A stretch of DNA of 64,000 bases. Source: Candidatus Omnitrophota bacterium. GTDB taxonomy: Bacteria; Omnitrophota; Gorgyraeia; Zapsychrales; Zapsychraceae. The stretch spans positions 8,952 through 72,951 of the forward strand of contig JAJDCA010000080.1 in the NCBI GenBank assembly GCA_029261055.1, read 5' to 3'. Shown one piece after another: positions 19,551-28,317 of the stretch. The position numbers and the translations under genes were made by a program. Each line of letters begins with the position of its first letter. Within the stretch, counting starts at the first letter, position 1. The notes beneath the pieces were generated by a model. The model made no database searches and was not told the DNA's origin. It was given only the letters and a program-made list of their open reading frames with translations.

Positions 19551-19817
19551 TTAAGAAGAGTGAATCGGTGGGCGATGTGCCTTTTCGAGGATAGGGTCCT
19601 GATGATCAAAAAAGTAACAGAAGACCATCTTTGAATATGGTTTTGTAAATGATGAATGGGTTTGAATATCCGGCAAGGTAGCGTTATGACATGATAAACA
19701 CATAAAAATACAACCCTGTGCAGCATCCTTATCCATACCGTTATCAGAACAATATGCATATAAAGGTAGAGAAAACATAACAATAGATATTAGTATTATA
19801 ACTATCAACCGTTTCAT
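19551..19817 (-). CDS. Small secreted Cys-rich protein of the 'HRPPI-tail' family (copy C), heading the lspA-lgt-sigma operon
   Basis: Signal peptide, CIFMCLSC core and the C-terminal DPILEKAHRPPIHSS. The alternative overlapping frame 19523..19783 has no family support. Confidence 0.5.
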   Translation of the reverse strand: MKRLIVIILISIVMFSLPLYAYCSDNGMDKDAAQGCIFMCLSCHNATLPDIQTHSSFTKPYSKMVFCYFFDHQDPILEKAHRPPIHSS

Positions 19818-19894
19818 AATTTAAAAGTTATCATTTATCTTAGTAGAAGTCAAACATTTTGAAATTGCTATTTGCAACTCCTCCTAAAAATTAT

Positions 19895-20098
19895 TTAACA
19901 ATAATTCTTTTCTTCCTGCCTTGGCAGGCATTTAACAGCACCGTAAGAACAAAAGACGCAACAGTCCCCTTCTTTTGGCTTTAATTTTACTCCACAATTA
20001 GAACAGTTGTAAAAAAACTGGCAAGCAGATGTTGGTATTGTTTCTTCTTTTTCAAAACCACATTCAGGACACTTAATTATTGATTTTAATTTAGCCAT
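19895..20098 (-). CDS. Small Cys-rich protein with double zinc-ribbon-like motifs ('GDCC' mini-protein), copy 1
   Basis: CPECG...CQFFYNCSNCG...KPKEGDCCVFCSYG. 80% identical to 22613..22822. Confidence 0.55.
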   Translation of the reverse strand: MAKLKSIIKCPECGFEKEETIPTSACQFFYNCSNCGVKLKPKEGDCCVFCSYGAVKCLPRQEEKNYC

Positions 20099-20133
20099 TT
20101 GATAGCTTTAGAATGAGTTATTTGTAACAGATA

Positions 20134-21264
20134 TCAAGCCCTATCCTGTTCATACTTAAAAGCATATTTGATCGAAAGCTCTGCTTTTTCTAATTCCTTA
20201 CCGAGATAAGCGGCGTGACTCAACAGAGAAACCCACTTATTATCAACTATCTGCATATATAAACTCTTTGCATTATCTCCCTCTATCGTATGTTGTAGTT
20301 TATTATCATAAGAATAATGCTCGACAATAATCGTTCTTTTTTTATTCTGAGGATAAAGAACAAAATATCCCGCTTTATCCATTTTAACTGGACTGTTTTC
20401 ATTAGCATTTGTTATCGGTTCATCTGATTTACGATTACCTTCATTTACATCATGGCAACCACATTTTGATGACGCACTCCCGTTTGAAACCTCTTTAATT
20501 TTTTCAAGTATTTCATTTACATTTTCACAACCAATCATATCAACAACTTCTATTTGGCTTCTAAATAAATCAATGTCTTTCTTGGTTATGTTTCTTAAAA
20601 CCGGCTTCTTTCCTTTTGCACCAACTATTTTCATGTTTTCATCCACACCATTTTTCCATAAAGATAGAATTGTATTACCAGTTAAATGCCCCTTTGCTTC
20701 CTTCCCTGCTAAAATTAAAGTTTTTATTGTCGGATTTGACACGATATTCTTAATAACTTTATCGATACCTATATTCTCCGTTTCAGTCTTTCCGACTATA
20801 CAAAGCTCACGTGGTCTATTCTTAGCTAATTCTTCGACTAATTCAACGCTCGCCAAAGTGGTCACTGCCACAGGACAAGATGTATCAGTGCCATCACAAA
20901 ACGATGAATAATCAGCCGTAATAACAGGCCATTCTTCTTCACGCACTTCAAAACTGCAACTTAAGTCCTTATTTTCAGTTAACTCAGGAAAGGTTTCATT
21001 TAATACATTCATGACAACTGCAGGATAACAATGCTCACAACCCAGACAAGCATATTTGATTTCTTTCATTTTGTTGAGCCACGATTTACTTTTTTCCTTC
21101 AAAAGGCTAAGCTCTTTAGTCTGGTCACCCGAAGAAATAGTCTCTATAAATTCTAAAGTCTCTTTCATACATCCGCATTTTTGACATTTGGGCAAACTAA
21201 TGCCCTCATGTAATTCAGATTCTATTTTTTTAATCGATTCGTCATTTGACATAATTATGGCCAA
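20134..21264 (-). CDS. Cys-cluster protein with an MtrA-like (tetrahydromethanopterin S-methyltransferase subunit A-like) corrinoid-binding-type domain; function unknown
   Basis: N-terminal CQKCGC...CLGCEHC. The central region is reminiscent of an MtrA fold (IVGKTETENIGIDKV...LILAGKEAKGHLTGN). This is a tentative family call from memory, not a search. Confidence 0.4.
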   Translation of the reverse strand: MAIIMSNDESIKKIESELHEGISLPKCQKCGCMKETLEFIETISSGDQTKELSLLKEKSKSWLNKMKEIKYACLGCEHCYPAVVMNVLNETFPELTENKDLSCSFEVREEEWPVITADYSSFCDGTDTSCPVAVTTLASVELVEELAKNRPRELCIVGKTETENIGIDKVIKNIVSNPTIKTLILAGKEAKGHLTGNTILSLWKNGVDENMKIVGAKGKKPVLRNITKKDIDLFRSQIEVVDMIGCENVNEILEKIKEVSNGSASSKCGCHDVNEGNRKSDEPITNANENSPVKMDKAGYFVLYPQNKKRTIIVEHYSYDNKLQHTIEGDNAKSLYMQIVDNKWVSLLSHAAYLGKELEKAELSIKYAFKYEQDRA

Positions 21265-21740
21265 TTACCTTTTGTAAGATTGCATTTCTTAGGATTTTTT
21301 GCTTTCTTTTTAATCCAAAAATAACCCACTGTAACTGAAATCAATGTAATAACAAACACTAATGGTTTGGTAAAGCCTAATACAGATGAGCCAAAAAATC
21401 CTAAATAAACTACCAGCATAGGAGATCCACAACAGCCAATAAGGAAACATCCCAAGAAATAAAGTAGTCCTGTTAGCGTAATACCCCCTATAACTCCTTC
21501 AACACACTGCTTATTTAAAGCCATGAACTGAAAGAAAGCATACACCGTAAAACTAATGGCTAATGCATATGACAGTCCGATAAAGAAATCTAACTGTTGA
21601 AAATACATTAAAACAAAATTGGCATCCTGCATTTGAGCCCAATTTTTATATATCTGGGTGTTCTTATTAACTGTATAAAATAGATGTAGAAAAAAAACGA
21701 ATACGAGCGAGAAAACAATGTAGAAGTGTTCTTTTTTCAC
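21255..21740 (-). CDS. Integral membrane protein with an intramembrane vicinal Cys pair (MerT-like?)
   Basis: Four predicted TM segments. GCFLIGCCGSPMLV resembles the MerT LCCVGP motif. Confidence 0.45.
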   Translation of the reverse strand: MKKEHFYIVFSLVFVFFLHLFYTVNKNTQIYKNWAQMQDANFVLMYFQQLDFFIGLSYALAISFTVYAFFQFMALNKQCVEGVIGGITLTGLLYFLGCFLIGCCGSPMLVVYLGFFGSSVLGFTKPLVFVITLISVTVGYFWIKKKAKNPKKCNLTKGNWP

Positions 21741-22117
21741 TTTACTTCCACCTTTTGCGATTCAAAGATATAACCTTCCCCCTCAATCTTCTTTAGCTCG
21801 CCAAAAACAGTAACTTCACTATCTTTTTGCGGTATTTCACCACTACATTTAACTGGTAAGATAAGACATCCATCATCACACCCTAAGCCAAACATCGACT
21901 TTGCACTGTCAACCATAGCTACTTTTCCTTCCACAGTAATGTAGCCTGTAAACTGATCCGGATTCATCAACACATTGTCTAGATTTGTAATAATTGTAGG
22001 GTTAATTGCATCACTACTTGACTTACCAACCTCATTAGTCTTTGTTTTGTCTAATTTTCCCATTCCAACAGAAGCACATATTAAAATTGCCGTTAAAATT
22101 AAAATGTTATTTTTCAT
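21737..22117 (-). CDS. Periplasmic protein / lipoprotein, hypothetical
   Basis: Signal peptide with a Cys near the cleavage site (ICASVG). Small beta-rich domain. Confidence 0.45.
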   Translation of the reverse strand: MKNNILILTAILICASVGMGKLDKTKTNEVGKSSSDAINPTIITNLDNVLMNPDQFTGYITVEGKVAMVDSAKSMFGLGCDDGCLILPVKCSGEIPQKDSEVTVFGELKKIEGEGYIFESQKVEVK

Positions 22118-22129
22118 ATTATCTCCAAT

Positions 22130-22504
22130 TTAGACAAATTTCTTATTTTGAATACCCAAATGACATTTTCCATTTTTTCTTAATTCTAGACGTATTTTGA
22201 ATCGTTTCAAATCTTCCGCATATATATTTCCATTAAGTTTTAAGATTGATTGACAAAGAGAGGAGATAAATCCAGGTTGAAAGTTACAAGCAGAATAATT
22301 AACCCATCGTCCCTCTTTTCTGGATTGTATAAGACCAGCATTAATAAGAATATCCTGATGCTTTGTCAGATTATATTGTGGGACTTCTAGGGAATCAACC
22401 AACTCACACCCACAAAGTTCCTTCTTTGTCTTAAGTAAAAGGTACATCACTCGCAATCTTGTTGGTTCACTTATCGCCTTTAGTATTTTTGTCTCATTCA
22501 TCAT
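22130..22504 (-). CDS. arsR: ArsR/SmtB family metal(loid)-responsive transcriptional repressor
   Basis: HTH (ISEPTRLRVMYLL) and an ELCGCEL metal-binding motif equivalent to ELCVCDL of ArsR. Confidence 0.85.
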   Translation of the reverse strand: MMNETKILKAISEPTRLRVMYLLLKTKKELCGCELVDSLEVPQYNLTKHQDILINAGLIQSRKEGRWVNYSACNFQPGFISSLCQSILKLNGNIYAEDLKRFKIRLELRKNGKCHLGIQNKKFV

Positions 22505-22612
22505 TTTTCCTCGCTTTCATACTTGCATTACTATGCAAGTATATATCCAAAAATACACATTGTCAATAATTTTAAGGTTACAGCATCATTTAAACCACTA
22601 TTAAAAAATTAT

Positions 22613-22822
22613 TTAGAAACAATTTTTTTCTTCCTGCTTTGGCGGGCATTTGACCGTGCCAAATGAACAAAATACACAACAATCCCCTTCTTTTGGCTTT
22701 AATCTTGCTCCGCAATTTGTGCAATTATAAAAAAATTGGCAAGAATTCGTCGGCATGGTTTTTTCTTTTTTAAAACCACATTTAGGACATGTAAGGAGAG
22801 AACGCATTAACATTATTTGCAC
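22613..22822 (-). CDS. Small Cys-rich 'GDCC' mini-protein, copy 2
   Basis: CPKCG...CQFFYNCTNCG...KPKEGDCCVFCSFG. Paralog of 19895..20098. Confidence 0.55.
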   Translation of the reverse strand: MQIMLMRSLLTCPKCGFKKEKTMPTNSCQFFYNCTNCGARLKPKEGDCCVFCSFGTVKCPPKQEEKNCF

Positions 22823-23193
22823 CTGCAGGAAATTTTTAGCCTAAAATTGGCGAGAGAAATACCAATCAAAAGGAATGCCCCAGCGTACATCAACAGTTGG
22901 CTGAACCAAATATATCTACCCGCATAGATACCAAAGGCTCCCATCATGCCAACCACTAATATCCACCATTGTTTATGTAAACGGACGGCCCAAGCAAGGG
23001 AAGCGAGAGATATTAAAAGGAGCACAACAAGAAATGGCTGTAGAAATGCAACGCTGACCGCAAATCCCAATCCAATAGAAGCCAGAAATGCCCCTAGAGC
23101 TGGAATACAGAGTGGACAGACAATAGCTACTAGAGCAGAAAGCACTGAGGTTATCTGCGCTACCCATTTTGGTTTTTTTATACTTTTTGCCAT
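22813..23193 (-). CDS. Small membrane protein with a CPLC motif at the first TM and a C-terminal CRC (MerT/MerF-like transporter?)
   Basis: Three or four TM helices. VCPLCIPALGAF sits at the membrane interface. C-terminal KISCRCK. Confidence 0.45.
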   Translation of the reverse strand: MAKSIKKPKWVAQITSVLSALVAIVCPLCIPALGAFLASIGLGFAVSVAFLQPFLVVLLLISLASLAWAVRLHKQWWILVVGMMGAFGIYAGRYIWFSQLLMYAGAFLLIGISLANFRLKISCRCK

Positions 23194-23465
23194 TATGCCT
23201 GTCCGATTCCCGCGGCCATTAATGCTTCCCTATTAGGATTGCCCATTTGGCAACATTCCACAATTTTTCCATCAACAACAACCGTGGACACTGAATTAAT
23301 ACCGTATGCCTTTGACTTCTTAATGCACTCTTTCGTTTTACAGGGATTTGATAGATCGTGCACGGTAACGTCACAATTCGGACACGCCAGTTCCTTTACA
23401 AGCTGCACGGTCTCATCGCAGAGATAGCAGCCGCTTGTAAACACCTCAACATTTCTTTTTGTCAT
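23193..23465 (-). CDS. Small thioredoxin/glutaredoxin-fold protein
   Basis: About 90 aa with CYLC near the N-terminus and additional CxxC pairs. Size and spacing fit an MTH895-like thioredoxin fold. Confidence 0.45.
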   Translation of the reverse strand: MTKRNVEVFTSGCYLCDETVQLVKELACPNCDVTVHDLSNPCKTKECIKKSKAYGINSVSTVVVDGKIVECCQMGNPNREALMAAGIGQA

Positions 23466-23893
23466 TTTCTTTTCCTCCCTTCTGTTTCAATCTGCGGGCA
23501 TACCGAATATTTCATCTTCTTAGCCTGTTTCGGTTTTACCCATTTGTTTAATTTTTCTTCCAATCGTTTTTTAGCTGTGTTAAGTTCCACAATTTTATCT
23601 TCATATTTTTTTATTTTCTTTGTAAATAAATTACGAACCAAATTACAACACGGTTTAAGTCCATCTTCCGCACAATAAATAATTTCTTTAATTTCCGAAA
23701 GTTTTAATCCAAGTTCTTTTGCCTTTTTAATAAACAATAACTTATCAACATCTTTTTGACTATAAAACCGATAATCAGATCTCGTTCTTTTTGGTTTATC
23801 TAATATGCCGAATTCCTCGTAGTAGCGGATCGTTTTTGTGGAAACACCCGTCTCTTCACTTAATTTTCCAATTAATATTTTTTTGTTTTGCAT
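23462..23893 (-). CDS. MerR family transcriptional regulator (metal-responsive type)
   Basis: N-terminal MerR HTH (IGKLSEETGVSTKTIRYYEEFGIL). Coiled-coil dimerisation helix. Cys residues sit in the metal-binding loop region (CAEDGLKPCC). Confidence 0.85.
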   Translation of the reverse strand: MQNKKILIGKLSEETGVSTKTIRYYEEFGILDKPKRTRSDYRFYSQKDVDKLLFIKKAKELGLKLSEIKEIIYCAEDGLKPCCNLVRNLFTKKIKKYEDKIVELNTAKKRLEEKLNKWVKPKQAKKMKYSVCPQIETEGRKRK

Positions 23894-24002
23894 ATTTTAA
23901 CCTCAAATATAGTATACACCTTCCAGTATACTAGAAGGTCAAGAGGTATTAATTAAAACTTTTTAAAGAATTTAATTCAGTGGGTAGGAGAACGAGGGCA
24001 GA

Positions 24003-24737
24003 TTAATTAACCGTTCTTATATTTGTTTCAATATTCCGGACAGCGACAGGGCGGCCTGGCACTAATGTAATATCTGGGTTTTCGCTAAGTCGTCTTATCC
24101 AGTTTTTAGAACCTTTCGGTTTCCAATAAAGAATATATTGACCATAGGGGACATTTTTAAATGTATAAAGGCCAAACTCATCTGTAATCGCTTTGAAAGA
24201 CTCTTCTTCTTCTTTTTCCTCTGAACCAGAAAACATGTTTAGCATTCTATCTTTAACCGAATCAGCAACTTTAAGAACCCGTATTTCACAATTTGAAAGC
24301 GGCTCTCCTTTCATCAATATTTTTCCTTGAATGACACGATCCTGCGACAACATTTCTTGAATGGAATCAGCAAATGGTTGTGACGTTATTGTGGATACTG
24401 TTTGTTGGGCAGGATGATTTTGTCCCAAATTTTTTAGTGATTCAGATCCACTGACTTGAACACTTTGTTTAGGCAGCCGCAAGGTAATGGTTTCACCATC
24501 ATCAATCCAAATCACTTTTTGCAAAGCAGAAGACTGCTTTGAAGGAGGTTTTTCACCAGCTTCAATCCGTTTAATCTCATTTTTTGGGAACCTAATAATT
24601 ATTGAATCAGGATATTCTTCAAGGACTTCTCCCTGGTTTCCTGATTTTTTATTCTGAAGATAAATGGTATCTGCATTAGCCGTTATCCCCATCAAAAATA
24701 AAAAATAAAATATTCCTGCAACAATGTTAATTTTCAT
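24003..24737 (-). CDS. Secreted protein with a carboxypeptidase-regulatory-like (transthyretin-like) beta-sandwich domain
   Basis: Signal peptide. C-terminal G.I..G.P....I.V.....DEFGLYTFKNVPYGQYIL pattern typical of CarboxypepD_reg-like domains. Confidence 0.5.
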   Translation of the reverse strand: MKINIVAGIFYFLFLMGITANADTIYLQNKKSGNQGEVLEEYPDSIIIRFPKNEIKRIEAGEKPPSKQSSALQKVIWIDDGETITLRLPKQSVQVSGSESLKNLGQNHPAQQTVSTITSQPFADSIQEMLSQDRVIQGKILMKGEPLSNCEIRVLKVADSVKDRMLNMFSGSEEKEEEESFKAITDEFGLYTFKNVPYGQYILYWKPKGSKNWIRRLSENPDITLVPGRPVAVRNIETNIRTVN

Positions 24738-24773
24738 AATTTTAAAATATGTTATTATTAATATTTAATTGTA

Positions 24774-25385
24774 TTATTTTTTGATGGTGAAGTCAATTTT
24801 AGATGTATCGCTTGAAGAAACAGTCACCTCTGACTGGGAAGGTCGAAGTTTCTTATGCCAAGTCTTTAAAGTATATGTACCTTCAGGAACATTCTCAATG
24901 GTATAATCTCCATTCTCATCTGTGACAGCAAAATAAGGTGTCGGTAAAACGACAATCCACCCTTCCATTTCCGGATGCAAATTACAAAGAATAACGGCCT
25001 CTCCCAGCTTACTAAAAGTATATGCTCTTTTCTCTCCTTGCCCCCATGAGCCTAAGTTAAACTCGTCTGCTGCTTCATCAGGGGAAAACACATTATGAGT
25101 AAATGCATCGCTGTTTAGGAAATCCACTGTTGTTCCTTTCAGAATTGGAAGAACATGGGGAACAAATTCTTTAGCTAATTGATTACTTAAGACAGGTTCA
25201 ACGGAAGGGTCAAACTCTTTACCTTCAATTGTATCGACATAAACAACTGCATCTTGATTACCTTTTACTCCTTTGGCTTCGAGGTGTCCTGTAATTGTCC
25301 CTGCCCAAACAGACGAAGCCAGACAAAAAACGCCAACATTAATTAATATTAAAGTTGTTTTGAAACTACATTTTCTATATTTCAT
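24774..25385 (-). CDS. Secreted protein with a carboxypeptidase-regulatory-like domain
   Basis: Signal peptide. GTITGHL...VTDENGDYTIENVPEGTYTLK pattern. Confidence 0.5.
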   Translation of the reverse strand: MKYRKCSFKTTLILINVGVFCLASSVWAGTITGHLEAKGVKGNQDAVVYVDTIEGKEFDPSVEPVLSNQLAKEFVPHVLPILKGTTVDFLNSDAFTHNVFSPDEAADEFNLGSWGQGEKRAYTFSKLGEAVILCNLHPEMEGWIVVLPTPYFAVTDENGDYTIENVPEGTYTLKTWHKKLRPSQSEVTVSSSDTSKIDFTIKK

Positions 25386-25482
25386 GGTTTATTCAACCTT
25401 TCATTTTTATACACTATGAGGTCACAAATAAAGCCTTTCTGAACTCAATAATGCTCAATCTATAACCTCATAGAGTTCTATA

Positions 25483-26883
25483 TTAATATGAAAAATCTAG
25501 CCTTAATTTAAAACTGTCAGATGCGTCGCCATCCTTATCTGATAAACCAATAGACGCTTCGGGAATAATACGCAGATTAGGCCGTGCAAAAATTGGCATG
25601 CTCAATGCAAGACGACTTGTATTATCTGCTGGATTAGACGCTCCTAGTACCGAAACGTTTTCGACATTGAGACGGTCATACCGTGCTGCAAGGGCTAACC
25701 ATGGATAAATATAAGCAGTTGCTTCAGTATAAAAGCCCCACGTACTTATATCTTCATCAATGGTGCTGTTAAATTGACCCGCCGCAGCATCATCCTGTTG
25801 ATAAAGATAGACCATGTCGACATTATAACGGTCCCGATTGGCTCTTAAAAATCCCGTGATACGGTAAAATTGAGAATCTGTATCTGTCGCTGCGTCAATC
25901 TGGTTAAAACCCAAATACCCTGTTGTTCCTACCGTAACGGAAGGCCCTTGATCAAAGTAGGAGAATCCGGAAGCAATCTGATCTCCTGTTCCAGAATCGG
26001 CGGCACCTGTAAAGGAGAGGCCTCCAAATTTATGTTCAAGTCTGACATAAACATCTTTTTCTGTATTATTGTCACCAAAAGATTCACTAGCCCCGTCTAC
26101 AGCCTTTCCGTTGAGAACACCTGTAGCATATCGAAATCGTTTGTTAATAGTACCATGCATCTCAATACCTGATTGGCTGTCTCTTACACGCGGCTGGCTG
26201 TCAGAGGAAATCCGAAAATCATAAATAGTCGGCCTTGATGCCAATAGGTTTTGATTATGCGTTGAGAATGGCATAGCCATTGGATCAAAATAACCACCAC
26301 GAATATTAATAAGTCCATTAGGAATACCAAATTTTCCTGCTAAAACATCATTGTACATGAGGAAGACTCTTTCGACGGCAGCTCTTTCACTTTCGTCCTG
26401 AAGAGCAAAACCCAAGTTAAACGCAAGTTTTTCCCCCATTGTTCCTAATGACATGAGTTCTATTTCGTGGGGAAATTCAAACTCAGATTTTGATTCTCCA
26501 GCAGCCGTTGATTTAGACTGATCATAATTATATTGGCTGATAACTCTTAGAGCAATAGGAACATTGCCCGGGATACTCCCAGGCCAAACAGCATCGGGCC
26601 AAACTCTTTTATAGGCTTCTGACCCAAGCCAAACAGGAGGCTCTTTGACAAAAACTTCGTCGTCAGGAAGTCGATAACCATTATTCTTAAAAGAATTCCC
26701 AAAAGCGTTTAATTTCGGAAACCCAGCGTGGCACGTCATACAACTTGTCTGATACTTGCGGGAAAATGTTGGAACGGCATTAGCGTCATCGATATGAATT
26801 ACAAAACTGCAAATGATTACTAAAACCATTGTAACAATTGAAATCAATCCTCGATGAAACAACCTATTAGTTATTTCTTTCAT
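25483..26883 (-). CDS. cyc2: Cyc2-like fused monoheme cytochrome c - outer-membrane beta-barrel porin
   Basis: Signal peptide. A single CXXCH (CMTCH) lies about 13 aa into the mature protein. About 400 aa of alternating amphipathic G/Y/S/T/N-rich sequence follows, with a C-terminal aromatic tail (LRLDFSY) typical of OM barrels. Confidence 0.55.
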   Translation of the reverse strand: MKEITNRLFHRGLISIVTMVLVIICSFVIHIDDANAVPTFSRKYQTSCMTCHAGFPKLNAFGNSFKNNGYRLPDDEVFVKEPPVWLGSEAYKRVWPDAVWPGSIPGNVPIALRVISQYNYDQSKSTAAGESKSEFEFPHEIELMSLGTMGEKLAFNLGFALQDESERAAVERVFLMYNDVLAGKFGIPNGLINIRGGYFDPMAMPFSTHNQNLLASRPTIYDFRISSDSQPRVRDSQSGIEMHGTINKRFRYATGVLNGKAVDGASESFGDNNTEKDVYVRLEHKFGGLSFTGAADSGTGDQIASGFSYFDQGPSVTVGTTGYLGFNQIDAATDTDSQFYRITGFLRANRDRYNVDMVYLYQQDDAAAGQFNSTIDEDISTWGFYTEATAYIYPWLALAARYDRLNVENVSVLGASNPADNTSRLALSMPIFARPNLRIIPEASIGLSDKDGDASDSFKLRLDFSY

Positions 26884-27005
26884 TATTCCCCCTGTTTGTA
26901 GTTACGTGCTGTATGAATTTTATTATTATATTTTCTTTCAAGATATGAATTTATATCACACTGCTTAGCGAAAATCAGTGACATTTGTCACTTTTCGGAG
27001 GTTTT

Positions 27006-28289
27006 TTATTCACTTGTTTCTTCTTGTTCCCATGGATAAAGAGTCAGTAAATAGGCAATGATACTATCAATATCCTTATCGCTTAATCCCTTTGCCCAAC
27101 TCGGCATATGCAAAAGCGGTTCAGGGCCCTCTGGATCAGCTTTCCCTGCCGGGCTCCCCCTTTTTATGACATTGCGAATGGCACGGTACTGGGCTAAAAC
27201 CCTTCCTCTTTTGGGCACATCTAATTTGGGAGACATTTTGGTTATATCCACGCCATTTTTTAATAACTCTGAAACTTTATTCGCATTTTCCGGTTCATCA
27301 AGAAACATTCTTTCCGCTAAAATATTAAGTTCCGGGACTGTTCTCTTTATATAATTGATATTTTTGACACCCCCTTTTGCATCTGTTCCATGACAGGCAA
27401 CGCAATATTTGCGATAAAGCGGCTCTCCATGAACTGTTTCAGGTTGTTTTCCTTCTTGAATTTCTGCAAGATAAGAAATCGGAACCTCTTTTTTTGACAA
27501 ACCTTTCAGAAATACAGTCAGGGCTAGGATTTCTTCTTCTGAGAAATTGAAGTCTGGCATAGCTGTGATTTCCGGTTGGGCCCCTGGTTGTTTTACAGAT
27601 TCATAAATATACGCAATATTAGCATTGTGGTGAAACCTATCGAGCAATTCTTCTGAAACAGGATGCTTAAGATGAATGTTTGCATCTGAAATATTCGTTA
27701 ACTCCGGCGCAAGATTTCCACCTTTTCCTCTAAGTTCATGACATCCTAAACATCCATTACGAAGGAATAAATCTTTTCCTTTTTTCACTAAAGTGAGTTC
27801 CGGGAGAGATTCTACGTTGTGACAACGAACACAGTTGGATTCAAGAAAAGGAGGATACATCAAAGGTTTCTCCCAGAAGGCCACAGACACACCATGTGCC
27901 TCTTTTTTAGTCACTGCGCGCCCCTGACCATCATGACATACCGTACAACCGACTTTTTCTAATTCATGATCCCCCAAGATATCGCCAGGATGAACTTTAA
28001 TGGGTTGTGGAACATTAACCATCCTGGGGTCTTCTATCCCAACATGACAGATAACGCACCTATCAACACGGTTTAATTCAGGCACAACAATTTGACGCAT
28101 TTTTATTTCATAATTATCAGCTAATTTTTGTTCCTTCTTATCAATCGCCTTCTTTTTAAGTTCTTTTTTATAAAGTTTTTGGAATGGTTGCCATTCATTG
28201 TTTATATTTTCACGATATGCTTCAGCTAACAAAACAGCAATAAGTATAAGACTAGAAATTAAAATTATTTTCTCTGTTTTCATGTGCAC
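27006..28289 (-). CDS. Membrane-anchored pentaheme cytochrome c
   Basis: Five CXXCH motifs (CVICH, CTVCH, CVRCH, CLGCH, CVACH). N-terminal TM anchor. Confidence 0.8.
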   Translation of the reverse strand: MHMKTEKIILISSLILIAVLLAEAYRENINNEWQPFQKLYKKELKKKAIDKKEQKLADNYEIKMRQIVVPELNRVDRCVICHVGIEDPRMVNVPQPIKVHPGDILGDHELEKVGCTVCHDGQGRAVTKKEAHGVSVAFWEKPLMYPPFLESNCVRCHNVESLPELTLVKKGKDLFLRNGCLGCHELRGKGGNLAPELTNISDANIHLKHPVSEELLDRFHHNANIAYIYESVKQPGAQPEITAMPDFNFSEEEILALTVFLKGLSKKEVPISYLAEIQEGKQPETVHGEPLYRKYCVACHGTDAKGGVKNINYIKRTVPELNILAERMFLDEPENANKVSELLKNGVDITKMSPKLDVPKRGRVLAQYRAIRNVIKRGSPAGKADPEGPEPLLHMPSWAKGLSDKDIDSIIAYLLTLYPWEQEETSE

Positions 28290-28317
28290 TTTCTAAATAT
28301 ATTACCTGTTATCTAAT

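Noticed and set aside
19523-19783. Alternative frame ORF overlapping HRPPI copy C
   Set aside because: The overlapping frame 19551..19817 has a signal peptide and the family-conserved C-terminus shared with two paralogs. This frame has neither.
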